A model generated the notes under the pieces. It was not told where the DNA came from. It saw only the letters and a program-made list of their open reading frames with translations, and made no database searches. DNA of 41,435 nt, from IMG/VR virus record IMGVR_UViG_3300028886_000065; one strand, given 5' to 3'. Made by a program: the position numbers and the translations under genes. Within the stretch, counting starts at the first letter, position 1. Every line of letters starts with the position of its first letter. Source of the stretch: a virus. Its lineage: Duplodnaviria; Heunggongvirae; Uroviricota; Caudoviricetes. Below are positions 17,270-25,725 of this stretch, piece after piece.

Positions 17270-17575
17270 ACTCCACGGCTAAAATTCGTATTCAGCCTTC
17301 AACTTTTCTTCACAGAGAGTACCATGCCTTTCGGTTTCCCAGAAAGGAGAATACCTCCTTCAGTATAGGCGGCTTTATCCCGCCAACCCCTTTTCCTACT
17401 ATTCACCTTTGACTGGTTTTCGGCTGACGCAAGGGCTGCGACCGACTCTTCCGAGTGTGCGAGACTTACAGATAATACAAGTCCTTCCTGTATCGGTTGC
17501 CTATCACGTAGGCAATTGTCTGGATGCACGGTACACGACCGTCTGCCATTTCTCTTGCTCGCTATGTCTTTATAT
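17270..17575 (-). ncRNA. Candidate structured non-coding RNA upstream of the tRNAs
   Basis: Dense hairpins: ACGGT/ACCGT, TTGCCTA-CGTGA-TAGGCAA, ACTC-GGAA-GAGT, GGCGG/CCGCC, GAAGGAG/CTCCTTTC, GG-GAAA-CC; no credible ORF. Confidence 0.45.
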
Positions 17576-17579
17576 CGTT

Positions 17580-17753
17580 TTACCGATTATCGTTGTTTAG
17601 GAAAGCATCAAGGTCTCGCTTTTTGAAGAGCCAGCGACCTGCAGGCTTCGTACATGGGATGATTCCATCTGCAATATAAGTCTGCAACGTCCTGAAACAA
17701 ACTCCGATGTAAGCAGCGGCATCCTTGCTCTTCATGTAAGTTTCCTTACCCAT
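17580..17753 (-). CDS. Excisionase-like HTH_17 protein (57 aa; not in ORF track)
   Basis: MGKETYMKSKDAAAYIGVCFRTLQTYIADGIIPCTKPAGRWLFKKRDLDAFLNNDNR*; overlaps the upstream stop by 8 nt. Confidence 0.85.
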   Translation of the reverse strand: MGKETYMKSKDAAAYIGVCFRTLQTYIADGIIPCTKPAGRWLFKKRDLDAFLNNDNR

Positions 17754-18033
17754 TGTTGAACTCCTCCAGTTTTACCAATAGTTTGTTGTCTGCATCACCA
17801 GTCTTCGTCACAAGGTTCAAACCTATCTGACGCAATTTGGTCTTGTTGAGCCAACTTGTCGTACTCTGCGCCTTTTTGCGCAAGTCTGCCGATGGGAATA
17901 CGAGCGTCCGCACCTTGAAATCACGACGTTCTACCATATCCATGATGGCTTCTGTGCTGATTTTATCGGTCTGAATTGTTAAAAAAGCGTTTTCTGACAT
18001 TTTTGACCTTAATGTTTCTATTGTTTTTACCAA
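17746..18033 (-). CDS. First gene of the lytic operon (Cro position), hypothetical
   Basis: Divergent from the repressor; directly follows the leftward promoter. Confidence 0.65.
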   Translation of the reverse strand: MVKTIETLRSKMSENAFLTIQTDKISTEAIMDMVERRDFKVRTLVFPSADLRKKAQSTTSWLNKTKLRQIGLNLVTKTGDADNKLLVKLEEFNNG

Positions 18034-18051
18034 TAATCCAATTTTTATGCG

Positions 18052-18059
18052 TATATTTG
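18052..18059 (+). promoter_or_regulatory. -7 element of the putative repressor promoter
   Basis: TATATTTG matches TAnnTTTG; no clear -33 element. Confidence 0.55.
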
Positions 18060-18136
18060 CACCAGAAAATCAAATTGTCGTGAGACAAATGACCGTTTTA
18101 TCTGCGTTTTCAACGCCTGTTCTTGGATTTCGCTTG

Positions 18137-18167
18137 CAAATGTACGGCGTTTTATCCGAATATCAAA
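18137..18167 (-). promoter_or_regulatory. Putative early lytic promoter
   Basis: TTTG-N19-TACATTTG on the minus strand; full consensus. Confidence 0.75.
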
Positions 18168-18176
18168 ATAAATTCT

Positions 18177-18197
18177 AAGATATTTACTCAATATCTT
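18177..18197. promoter_or_regulatory. Palindrome, candidate repressor operator
   Basis: AAGATATT-N5-AATATCTT. Confidence 0.45.
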
Positions 18198-18279
18198 TGA
18201 TTTTTAACAGGCGTTTACATTCATAATTTGACCTACAATATTCACTTTTTATTTATTAACGTCTAAATATCTTTAAGTT

Positions 18280-18966
18280 ATGGTTAATGAAACATCAACT
18301 CCTTATGAAAGGCTGCTTCAGCTCAGAGAGTGGCTACAAGTCAACGATCCAAAGTGCAAGACCAATGAATCGCAAATCCTACGCAGATTAGGATTAGGGA
18401 GCGGCTACTTCGGCACATCGGAAAAACAGGAAAACAAGTCCCTGCGAGAAAGTACTTACAAGAAGATTGGCGAGGCATGGCCAGCCGTCAATTTGGAATG
18501 GTTGAGGACAGGCGAAGGCGAAATGTTCACAGAACCCGTCATTTTTGATGAAGAAACAGACGACGGCGTGCCATACTATGACGTTGACTTCCTTGGTGGA
18601 TTCAACGATAGGGTCAACGACCAGTCAATCTACCCATCCTATTACATCAACTTCCAGCCATATAACAAGAAGGGTAACGTTTGGTGCAACATCGTCGGAG
18701 ATTCCATGTCACCGCGTATCAATAGCGGGGACAAGATTTGCATACAGCCAGTGAACAGCGTTGACGATATAATCTACGGAGAAATCTACGCCATCATCAC
18801 CGTCAATGATATGCGCACCGTCAAGTGGGTCACACGTTCACCAGAACCAGGCATGATTCGACTCGTTCCAGAGAACAAAGACCCACGATACGGCGACTAT
18901 CAGGACATAAGAAAGACAGACATCTTTCGCATCTTCAAAGTCATCGGCTCACTCCGTTCATTCTAA
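18280..18966 (+). CDS. CI/LexA-like repressor with an S24 autopeptidase domain
   Basis: N-terminal HTH ending VNLEWLRTGEGEMF; catalytic Ser (GDSM) and Lys (RTVK). Confidence 0.9.
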   Translation: MVNETSTPYERLLQLREWLQVNDPKCKTNESQILRRLGLGSGYFGTSEKQENKSLRESTYKKIGEAWPAVNLEWLRTGEGEMFTEPVIFDEETDDGVPYYDVDFLGGFNDRVNDQSIYPSYYINFQPYNKKGNVWCNIVGDSMSPRINSGDKICIQPVNSVDDIIYGEIYAIITVNDMRTVKWVTRSPEPGMIRLVPENKDPRYGDYQDIRKTDIFRIFKVIGSLRSF

Positions 18967-19023
18967 ACCGCGACACAAAATCGTACCACCTAATCATAAC
19001 TTACAGATATACGATGCCTACAA

Positions 19024-19040
19024 AATCCCGACGGAATCAC
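19024..19040 (+). other. Putative attP core resembling a tRNA 3' end
   Basis: AAT-CCCGA-CGGAATC-A-C has the layout T-loop end / T-stem 3' strand / acceptor 3' strand / discriminator; flanked by five GTACCA direct repeats. Confidence 0.6.
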
Positions 19041-19049
19041 GAAAAAAGG

Positions 19050-19084
19050 ATGAAATAGGTATCAAAGAAAGATGCCTATTTCAT
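19050..19084 (+). terminator. Hairpin downstream of the att core
   Basis: ATGAAATAGGTATC-N7-GATGCCTATTTCAT (14 bp with one G:U). Confidence 0.65.
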
Positions 19085-19260
19085 TAAATGGTTAGTATTC
19101 TTTTAGTTATTGTATTAGGTATTCTACGATTAAGTGACATTATAACGTGTACCACTTAAATACGCAGAAATACGCAATACTGCGCAATACTACGCAGAAT
19201 TTGTGTACCAATCTCGTACCAAGTGTGTGTACCACTTTTAAGAAACTTAATTAAGAGAAT

Positions 19261-20397
19261 ATGAAGATAGCAAAAACAAGGGTTGTCTTTGACAGACACC
19301 ACAAGGCCACAAAGAAAGTGGCTGCGTCAATTTACATTGAAGTTTCGTATGACCGTGTTCGCAACTTCTATAACACGGGAATCAAAGTTTGCTCTCATCA
19401 GTTCAAGGATGGGAAGGTAATCAACTGTGCGCAGATGGCAGAATACCAGGAACGGATTAACAACCTGCGTAACACCATCGAGAACTATATCAACGAGAAG
19501 GTAAAGGCAAAGGAAACATTTTCACTTGACAACCTCCATCAGTACATGGAAGGAAGGATATGTGGCAATGGCGATTCTTTCCTTCGCTTCATGCTCACAA
19601 AGATAATGGAACGACCTATTGCAGAATCAACCAGAAAAGGGCATATCTCTATTCATAGGACATTGAAAGCGTGGGGGCATATCCGGCAATTCAGTGACAT
19701 TACGGAGGCTAACATCAAACTATGGGATGATTTGGCACGAAAGAACGCACAGAAAGCTAAAAGTGTGTGGAGCTATCATAAGGTCTTGAAGATATATATA
19801 AAAGAAGCCGTTATGCTTGGTTACATCGATCGCAATCCATACGACTACATGAAGTTCAAACGAGATAACCCGTCAGGACACCGCTTCATCACAATGGAAG
19901 AGATAGACAAAATAAAAGAACTTCAACTAACGGAGAAGGCTCTGATTGAAGCACGGCTATGCTTCCTGTTTCAATGCTACACAAGCCTATCATATTCCGA
20001 CATGAGGCTTTTTGACATGGCTAATGTAAAAGAAGTGGACGGGAAATTGCGTATGCGCGGACTTCGCGTTAAGACACATGAGGAATATAACATCACTCTC
20101 ATAAGACCTGCAATAGCCATTCTCGAAGAGTGTGGGTATAACCTGCCAGTTCAGGATATGCACTTCTACAACCGCAACCTACAAGCGATTCAATACAGGG
20201 CTGGCATTACAACAAGAATAACGTCACACGTAGGGCGACATACCTTTGCCACTACAATAGCACTTAAAAACAAAGTGCCTATTGAGGTTTTGCAAAGGGT
20301 TTTGGGACATAGCAGCATCAGGACAACACAGGTCTACGCAAAGGTACTACAGGAGTCTGTGGATGAAGAGTTTGACAGACTCGATGCCATTATCTAA
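19261..20397 (+). CDS. int: Tyrosine integrase, Bacteroidetes type
   Basis: N-terminal arm-binding domain; YTSLSYSD; RVKT; HVGRHTFAT; LGHSSIRTTQVY. Confidence 0.95.
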   Translation: MKIAKTRVVFDRHHKATKKVAASIYIEVSYDRVRNFYNTGIKVCSHQFKDGKVINCAQMAEYQERINNLRNTIENYINEKVKAKETFSLDNLHQYMEGRICGNGDSFLRFMLTKIMERPIAESTRKGHISIHRTLKAWGHIRQFSDITEANIKLWDDLARKNAQKAKSVWSYHKVLKIYIKEAVMLGYIDRNPYDYMKFKRDNPSGHRFITMEEIDKIKELQLTEKALIEARLCFLFQCYTSLSYSDMRLFDMANVKEVDGKLRMRGLRVKTHEEYNITLIRPAIAILEECGYNLPVQDMHFYNRNLQAIQYRAGITTRITSHVGRHTFATTIALKNKVPIEVLQRVLGHSSIRTTQVYAKVLQESVDEEFDRLDAII

Positions 20398-20400
20398 GAG

Positions 20401-20434
20401 AAAGAGCGGGTAGGTCATTTCCTACTCGCTCTTT
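20401..20434. terminator. Bidirectional terminator between convergent genes
   Basis: AAAGAGCGGGTAGG-N6-CCTACTCGCTCTTT. Confidence 0.85.
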
Positions 20435-20676
20435 TTATATGGATTCTCAATTTCGTTTTCTGCCAGAACTTTCGCGTAGAAGTCGTTTTCCTCTTCCAGT
20501 TCGCGTATTCTCTTGATTAGCATTTCCACGTACTTCTTATATGTAGGTGTCTCAAACTGGCGTATCGTGGTTGGGCTGCAAGTACACATGTCAATGTCCT
20601 GTGACACAGCAACAGCCATGCAGCCCGGTATCAGAACTTTGCCTACACCTTTTATATTCGCGTAGTGGCATTTCAT
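20422..20676 (-). CDS. Cys-rich hypothetical protein (84 aa)
   Basis: ATGA overlap with the thyA stop. Confidence 0.7.
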   Translation of the reverse strand: MKCHYANIKGVGKVLIPGCMAVAVSQDIDMCTCSPTTIRQFETPTYKKYVEMLIKRIRELEEENDFYAKVLAENEIENPYKKSE

Positions 20677-21467
20677 ACGCTAACATCAGCTTTGATGTGC
20701 GGCCATGGATCGTAGTTTTCCAGAACAAAGTCCTCATACTTGAAATCAAAGAGGCTCTTCACGTCTGGGTTGAGTTTCATCGTCGGTAACGGACGTGGTT
20801 CGCGTGTCAGTTGCAGTCTGGCTTGTTCAAGATGGTTCAGGTAAAGGTGTGTGTCTCCTGTCGTATGAATGAACTCGCCTGGTTCTAATCCCGTCACCTG
20901 TGCAATCATCATACAGAGCAAGGCATAGGACGCGATATTGAACGGTACGCCAAGGAATGTATCAGCACTCCTTTGGTAGAGCTGTAGTGACAATCTGCCG
21001 TTTACGACATAGAACTGGAAGAGGGTATGACATGGTGGCAATGCCATTTTGTTGACCTCTGCGACATTCCAAGCCGACACTATCATGCGTCTGGAATTGG
21101 GATTTGTACGAATCTGGTTTAGGACGTACTCAATCTGGTCAATGACTCCACCATCGTAGTCAGGCCATGACCGCCATTGATGCCCGTAAACTGGCCCTAA
21201 TTCGCCATTTTTATCAGCCCATTCATTCCATATCCTAACACCGTGTTCCTGTAAGTACCTAACATTGGTATCACCTTTGAGAAACCACAACAGCTCGTAG
21301 ATGATAGATTTCATGTGCAACTTCTTTGTCGTCAGTAGCGGGAATCCTTCTGAAAGGTCAAAACGCATTTGGTGGCCGAAAACGCTCAAAGTACCTGTGC
21401 CAGTGCGATCGCCCTTCTGAACACCGTCATTCAAAATGTGTTCCAGTAAATTCAAATAACTTTTCAT
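20673..21467 (-). CDS. thyA: Thymidylate synthase
   Basis: DRTGTGT; FPLLTTKK; MALPPCH; [18 protein letters not shown]; GDTHLYLNH. Confidence 0.98.
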   Translation of the reverse strand: MKSYLNLLEHILNDGVQKGDRTGTGTLSVFGHQMRFDLSEGFPLLTTKKLHMKSIIYELLWFLKGDTNVRYLQEHGVRIWNEWADKNGELGPVYGHQWRSWPDYDGGVIDQIEYVLNQIRTNPNSRRMIVSAWNVAEVNKMALPPCHTLFQFYVVNGRLSLQLYQRSADTFLGVPFNIASYALLCMMIAQVTGLEPGEFIHTTGDTHLYLNHLEQARLQLTREPRPLPTMKLNPDVKSLFDFKYEDFVLENYDPWPHIKADVSV

Positions 21468-21473
21468 TGTTCT

Positions 21474-22010
21474 CTATTTTAGTTCGTTCATTTTCTTCTG
21501 GAATGAAGATGTGATGTTGTCGTAACGAACCTTCATCTTACGCAGAACAAACAACAATTCTTCTTTGTCCTGTTCAGAAGAAACACTAAGGATGCAAGCC
21601 TCCATGTCAGAGAAACTATCCTGCATCTTCATCAATTTCTTGATAGAAGACAGAAGAGCCATTCGCGCATTGTCGTTTGACATTTTACCACGACTAAGAC
21701 GTTCAAAAACGGACTGGAAAAATTCTTTTGTTCCATAATCAAGACCATCGCAGTCGTTGACAGCATCTGCAAGTTCACTAAAGCGTTCTTGCATCAGTTT
21801 GTAGTTCTTCTCAAACTTGCTATAATACGCCTTGCGCTCTTCGTCGTATTTCTTGAACTTGGCAATAATAGCATTTTTCTCTTCAATAACCTTTCTGAGA
21901 CGCTGCAATTCACCTTTCAACGTCAGTTGAAGATTTCGATTTGACATGTTAGCCCTAATCTCATCTTCAGACAATTTTTGACCAAAATTTTGCGAAAAAT
22001 TTGATTCCAT
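21474..22010 (-). CDS. Coiled-coil hypothetical protein
   Basis: Heptad-rich; co-oriented with thyA. Confidence 0.7.
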   Translation of the reverse strand: MESNFSQNFGQKLSEDEIRANMSNRNLQLTLKGELQRLRKVIEEKNAIIAKFKKYDEERKAYYSKFEKNYKLMQERFSELADAVNDCDGLDYGTKEFFQSVFERLSRGKMSNDNARMALLSSIKKLMKMQDSFSDMEACILSVSSEQDKEELLFVLRKMKVRYDNITSSFQKKMNELK

Positions 22011-22059
22011 AATACATATATATTTATTTTAACCAATATTGGAAGTTAATATATTCTTG

Positions 22060-22330
22060 TTAAAACCAAACTCCCGATTGAGTGAGCCGTTGAAGTATAG
22101 TTTGCCCTTACCCGACAAAGGCAGTCGGCAAACTATTCAATGTCAAACTCCCGCATATCGGTCGCCGTACATTGGGTGGATTCAAGCGTCTAACCACCTC
22201 TCCCGTTCTTTTTCGTTACGCTAACGTTGGTGCAAGTGGTCGGGATTTCGTCTTCACTTCTTGGTGCGCACACCCCTTGTTCCAAGTTTTAAGATTGCCG
22301 CCCAATGTCTAATCGTCATGCGATCTTACC
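22060..22330 (-). ncRNA. Candidate structured RNA or long leader
   Basis: No ORF on the minus strand; ATAGTTTGCC/GGCAAACTAT helix enclosing CGAC/GTCG; CGGGAGTTTG repeated at 22067 and 22144. Confidence 0.35.
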
Positions 22331-22354
22331 CCGACGGCAAAATGGGTATAAAGA

Positions 22355-22450
22355 ACCCTGCAAAGTGGGACGATCTTTGCAGGGTCTTTGCATATACAGA
22401 AGGGAGGTAAAACCATCCTGAACAGCCTTCATTTCATGCAATTCGTCCCA
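22355..22450 (-). promoter_or_regulatory. Leader with hairpin-loop pairing to the 5' end
   Basis: 11-bp perfect stem (22355-65/22375-85); loop ATCGTCCCA is complementary to TGGGACGA (22443-50). Confidence 0.55.
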
Positions 22451-22460
22451 AATTGCGCTG

Positions 22461-22491
22461 CAAAGGTAAATATAATATCTGAATATCCAAT
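22461..22491 (-). promoter_or_regulatory. Leftward promoter for the thyA cluster
   Basis: ATTG-N19-TACCTTTG. Confidence 0.65.
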
Positions 22492-22610
22492 CATCGGTTA
22501 TGATAATTTAACACGACATTTCTGAACTATTACTATGTAATAGAAAAATAATTTGCAACATTATGAAAGTTAAACTATTTAAACGCACAAAAGAAATATC
22601 AGAAAAAATT

Positions 22611-22640
22611 TTTGATATTAAGATATTCTCCCTACATTTG
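22611..22640 (+). promoter_or_regulatory. Rightward promoter for the accessory cluster
   Basis: TTTG-N18-TACATTTG. Confidence 0.65.
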
Positions 22641-22663
22641 CACCCGAAATCCAAGACCCGTAG

Positions 22664-22752
22664 GTGGCTCTCCGGGAAACAAGAACGATATTTGAGGACA
22701 TTTGAGGAGGCAGTCGAGAGCCACAAATGACTGCTGAATCATTTGCCCTCAA
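22664..22752 (+). promoter_or_regulatory. Leader with hairpin-loop pairing to the 5' segment
   Basis: GTGGCTCTC (22664-72) is complementary to GAGAGCCAC (22716-24), in the loop of GCAGTC/GACTGC; outer TTGAGG/CCTCAA helix. Confidence 0.55.
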
Positions 22753-22763
22753 TTTTATTTATT

Positions 22764-23519
22764 ATGAACGCGAAAGATATCACCGCATTTAAGAGGTTCT
22801 TAAAGAACCACGGTGTGAACACGATGTTTGTGGGACTCTACAAACAACATCGGTACACAGACAATCCAGAATCGGTAGAACAGTATTTGGTTTCCGTACC
22901 AAGGAATCTGGCGATTGCCTACGCATTCGACTTGTCTTCACTCCAAAAGTCAGAGTTTGGAATGGCTTATTGGAATGACCTTGACAATAAATGGCGTGGC
23001 TTTATCAACAACAACGATGAGAGAAAGGGCTTCGAGATGCCAATACAGGAAGAGTACGCAGCGCAGGAAAAGAAGCAAGAGGAAGAAGTGCAAATTGTTA
23101 GCAACGACTGGAGCGGATTAAACCTTATAGACATTGGGCCGTGGTCATCTAACAAGCAGCCGATGCCAGACGAAAATGAAATACGTATCAACACATTTAA
23201 AAAGAACTGCGTAGTCCTCAATAACATACTCGTTCATATTTTAGACAATGCCAGTTTTGACACAATGGGCATCAGTGTTGATGCAAACACCAACAGAATG
23301 GTGCTGGTCTTCGGAAAAGGGCTACAGTACAACGTCAGCAAATACTCAACGAACATAAAATGTATCAACAGCAAGAAGTTCGTTGAGCATCTGGCAAAAT
23401 ATCTCCAAGTTGCTTTTGACCCACAAAAGCACTATTACGTGAGAATTGCACAGCGAATGTGGAACAACTCACATACTGCTTACGGCATTGTATTGTCACA
23501 GAAGATAACGATTAAATAG
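22764..23519 (+). CDS. Hypothetical protein (251 aa)
   Basis: ATG at 22764 follows an AT-rich leader; preferred over TTG at 22743. Confidence 0.75.
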   Translation: MNAKDITAFKRFLKNHGVNTMFVGLYKQHRYTDNPESVEQYLVSVPRNLAIAYAFDLSSLQKSEFGMAYWNDLDNKWRGFINNNDERKGFEMPIQEEYAAQEKKQEEEVQIVSNDWSGLNLIDIGPWSSNKQPMPDENEIRINTFKKNCVVLNNILVHILDNASFDTMGISVDANTNRMVLVFGKGLQYNVSKYSTNIKCINSKKFVEHLAKYLQVAFDPQKHYYVRIAQRMWNNSHTAYGIVLSQKITIK

Positions 23520-23525
23520 GGTATT

Positions 23526-23828
23526 ATGGAAATCGAAAATCGTACTACTACCTATCTGATATTCTATTCGCGTGCTGGGAACCGCCAAAGAACGAGTGTG
23601 GTTGGTGTTGAGAAGGAAGAAGATTTGGTGAATATCATCAGAACAACATTCAAAGGACGATTCAAACGACCTCTTGCACTCTCTCCGAAAGACGGCGTAA
23701 GCATCCAAGTCAAAAGACTCGACCACGTAAGAAAGAGTATCTCGCTTGTGCTCATTACCAGAATATACAACAAGTCTGTTAGAAACGCAAGAATCGATCT
23801 CGAACAAGCAATAAGGAGAACACAATAA
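23526..23828 (+). CDS. Basic hypothetical protein (100 aa)
   Basis: Fits the operon. Confidence 0.6.
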   Translation: MEIENRTTTYLIFYSRAGNRQRTSVVGVEKEEDLVNIIRTTFKGRFKRPLALSPKDGVSIQVKRLDHVRKSISLVLITRIYNKSVRNARIDLEQAIRRTQ

Positions 23829-23947
23829 GCAATGGATAGTAACATTCCAAGTTGCAAAAGAACGGAATGAAAATAACTTATATCATATTTTTGTGATATT
23901 AAATAAAATCAGTGAGTTTGTAATGTTCACAATTAGCAGACCATGTT

Positions 23948-24301
23948 ATGAATAAGAAAGAACTTAAAAAGAAGTACGACAAACTTGTTGCTGAAATAGA
24001 ATCAGCGCAAATGTTTGACGGTCGTGACAAAGGCGTTGACATTTACCAGTGTGAAGATTGTGGTTTCCAATTCTGTACGCGATATAAGGACAAAGGCGTA
24101 ACACCTTCTGCCATAAAATGCCGCAACTGCAATCATGGTACAGCCTTCCACGTAACGATAATTTCGGAAAGTAATGCAAAACTTATGAACGTCAAGGTTC
24201 ACAACTGGGTACGCCCTACATTTGAGCAACTACAGAAACTCAGTGATGGTGCTCAAGAGCATGTACTGAATGGTGGACTTTTATTGGAATATGAACTTTA
24301 A
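23948..24301 (+). CDS. Zn-ribbon protein
   Basis: CEDC...CRNC. Confidence 0.7.
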   Translation: MNKKELKKKYDKLVAEIESAQMFDGRDKGVDIYQCEDCGFQFCTRYKDKGVTPSAIKCRNCNHGTAFHVTIISESNAKLMNVKVHNWVRPTFEQLQKLSDGAQEHVLNGGLLLEYEL

Positions 24302-24313
24302 AAAACGTATGGT

Positions 24314-24607
24314 ATGGATAAGAAAGAAATCAAGAAGACTCAGAGAATGGTTCAAGCTATTCTTGAACGGCTGCAAGGAGAAGATGCTTCTTTCCTCTTT
24401 GTCGGCGACGATGGGAATTGTTTCACCATCGGAGGTGATCCTGTAAATATCGAAGCTCAAATAGTCTTCTCCATGATACGCTACCCTATCGTAAAGGGCA
24501 TCATCAAGAAATGCGCTACACATTTCGATGAACTTAACAATGAATTTGGTGAAGACATAAGAAACGTAAAAATGGAACATCTAATCGAACAAAACTCTGG
24601 TAATTAA
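24314..24607 (+). CDS. Hypothetical protein (97 aa)
   Basis: Fits the operon. Confidence 0.7.
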   Translation: MDKKEIKKTQRMVQAILERLQGEDASFLFVGDDGNCFTIGGDPVNIEAQIVFSMIRYPIVKGIIKKCATHFDELNNEFGEDIRNVKMEHLIEQNSGN

Positions 24608-24745
24608 AACTTTCAGATTATATATGTCGAATATGACGAGTCAGCTCTGAGATTCAAGCTGCACACCATCAACAACTTCCTCGAAGACCTTGTTGTATTC
24701 AGCATTTATGAAGTGCTTGGAAACACTTTCGAGAATCCAGAACTA
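24608..24745 (+). pseudogene. Start-less 3' remnant of a YopX-like gene
   Basis: NFQIIYVEYDESALRF...IYEVLGNTFENPEL matches the YopX C-terminal EVIGNIxENPELL pattern. Confidence 0.55.
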
Positions 24746-24784
24746 ATACGCAAAGATAATATCAAACAATTAAACACTATAACT

Positions 24785-25033
24785 ATGGAAAGAAAAAAAA
24801 TAGATTCAAAAGTTAAAGAACTTATCGCTCAATTCGCAGACTGCGAGGTATCAATCATCAATGACAACATTGACCTTGAAAATGACCTCGGACTGGATTC
24901 TATCGATCGACTGGAACTGGTCATGAACATTGAAAAAGAGTTCAACGTATGTGTTTCGGACGATGTAGCTGACAACGCTACCACCGTGAAAGACTTTGTT
25001 GACATGACAGAAAAAGCCATTTTAAATAATTAA
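24785..25033 (+). CDS. acpP: Acyl carrier protein (82 aa)
   Basis: KVKELIAQ...DLGLDSIDRLELVMNIEKEFNV..SDDVA..ATTVKDFVD; acidic; DS motif Ser intact. Confidence 0.88.
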   Translation: MERKKIDSKVKELIAQFADCEVSIINDNIDLENDLGLDSIDRLELVMNIEKEFNVCVSDDVADNATTVKDFVDMTEKAILNN

Positions 25034-25044
25034 CAAGTAACAAC

Positions 25045-25725
25045 ATGACTAAGAAAATCAATTATGAAACTTATCGTAAGTACCTGTGTGCATTGCAGGA
25101 TTCTTACAAGAAACGAAAAGACCTCAGCGGGATAGGTAAGCTCTCGAAAAGATACAGAGTGACACACCTCACCAAAGAGCAGTTCTTTGAGTTCAACGTT
25201 GCTGAAGGAGAAATCACGATGGAACGTGCCATCGAGATTCGCAACAAAGTGAGCATACAGAATCGTGAACGGCAGAAAGAACGTGATGCCGCAAAAGCTC
25301 TGGCAAAGGAGAAAGAACAGCAACTTCCAGAAGATGTCAAGTTCAGCATCGAAAGCCTACGACTTCCATATCCACTCTTCTCAAAGATAATCGCCCTTAA
25401 TCCATCGGAAAAGAACCCGTATCGGTATGCTTTACAGACACCACCTTGCGACAATCTTTCAGCGCACATCAGACCTGTTGAATCGCCAGTTGTGGAGAAA
25501 TTGCTGGAGAAAGGACTTTCAAGTATCAACGGAGATTACATCACTTTCTTCGGAGAGTTCAATCTGCCAACGATGTGTGATGCCAACGATTCTATGCTGC
25601 ATGACATTCGCATCGGTGTCGTGAAATTCAGCATCAATGGTACTACATATTGGCTGTGCAAGAGCGACATCGTACTGAAACTTCTCGCGTGGATTTCCTC
25701 ATACTTCACAAAAGAATTGTTATAA
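25045..25725 (+). CDS. Hypothetical protein (226 aa)
   Basis: Fits the operon. Confidence 0.7.
   Translation: MTKKINYETYRKYLCALQDSYKKRKDLSGIGKLSKRYRVTHLTKEQFFEFNVAEGEITMERAIEIRNKVSIQNRERQKERDAAKALAKEKEQQLPEDVKFSIESLRLPYPLFSKIIALNPSEKNPYRYALQTPPCDNLSAHIRPVESPVVEKLLEKGLSSINGDYITFFGEFNLPTMCDANDSMLHDIRIGVVKFSINGTTYWLCKSDIVLKLLAWISSYFTKELL

Noticed and set aside
19960-20010. Integrase lacks the first catalytic Arg (YTSLSYSD), suggesting a pseudogene
   Set aside because: Ser or Ala at this position is established in active Bacteroides integrases such as IntDOT; the other catalytic residues are intact.
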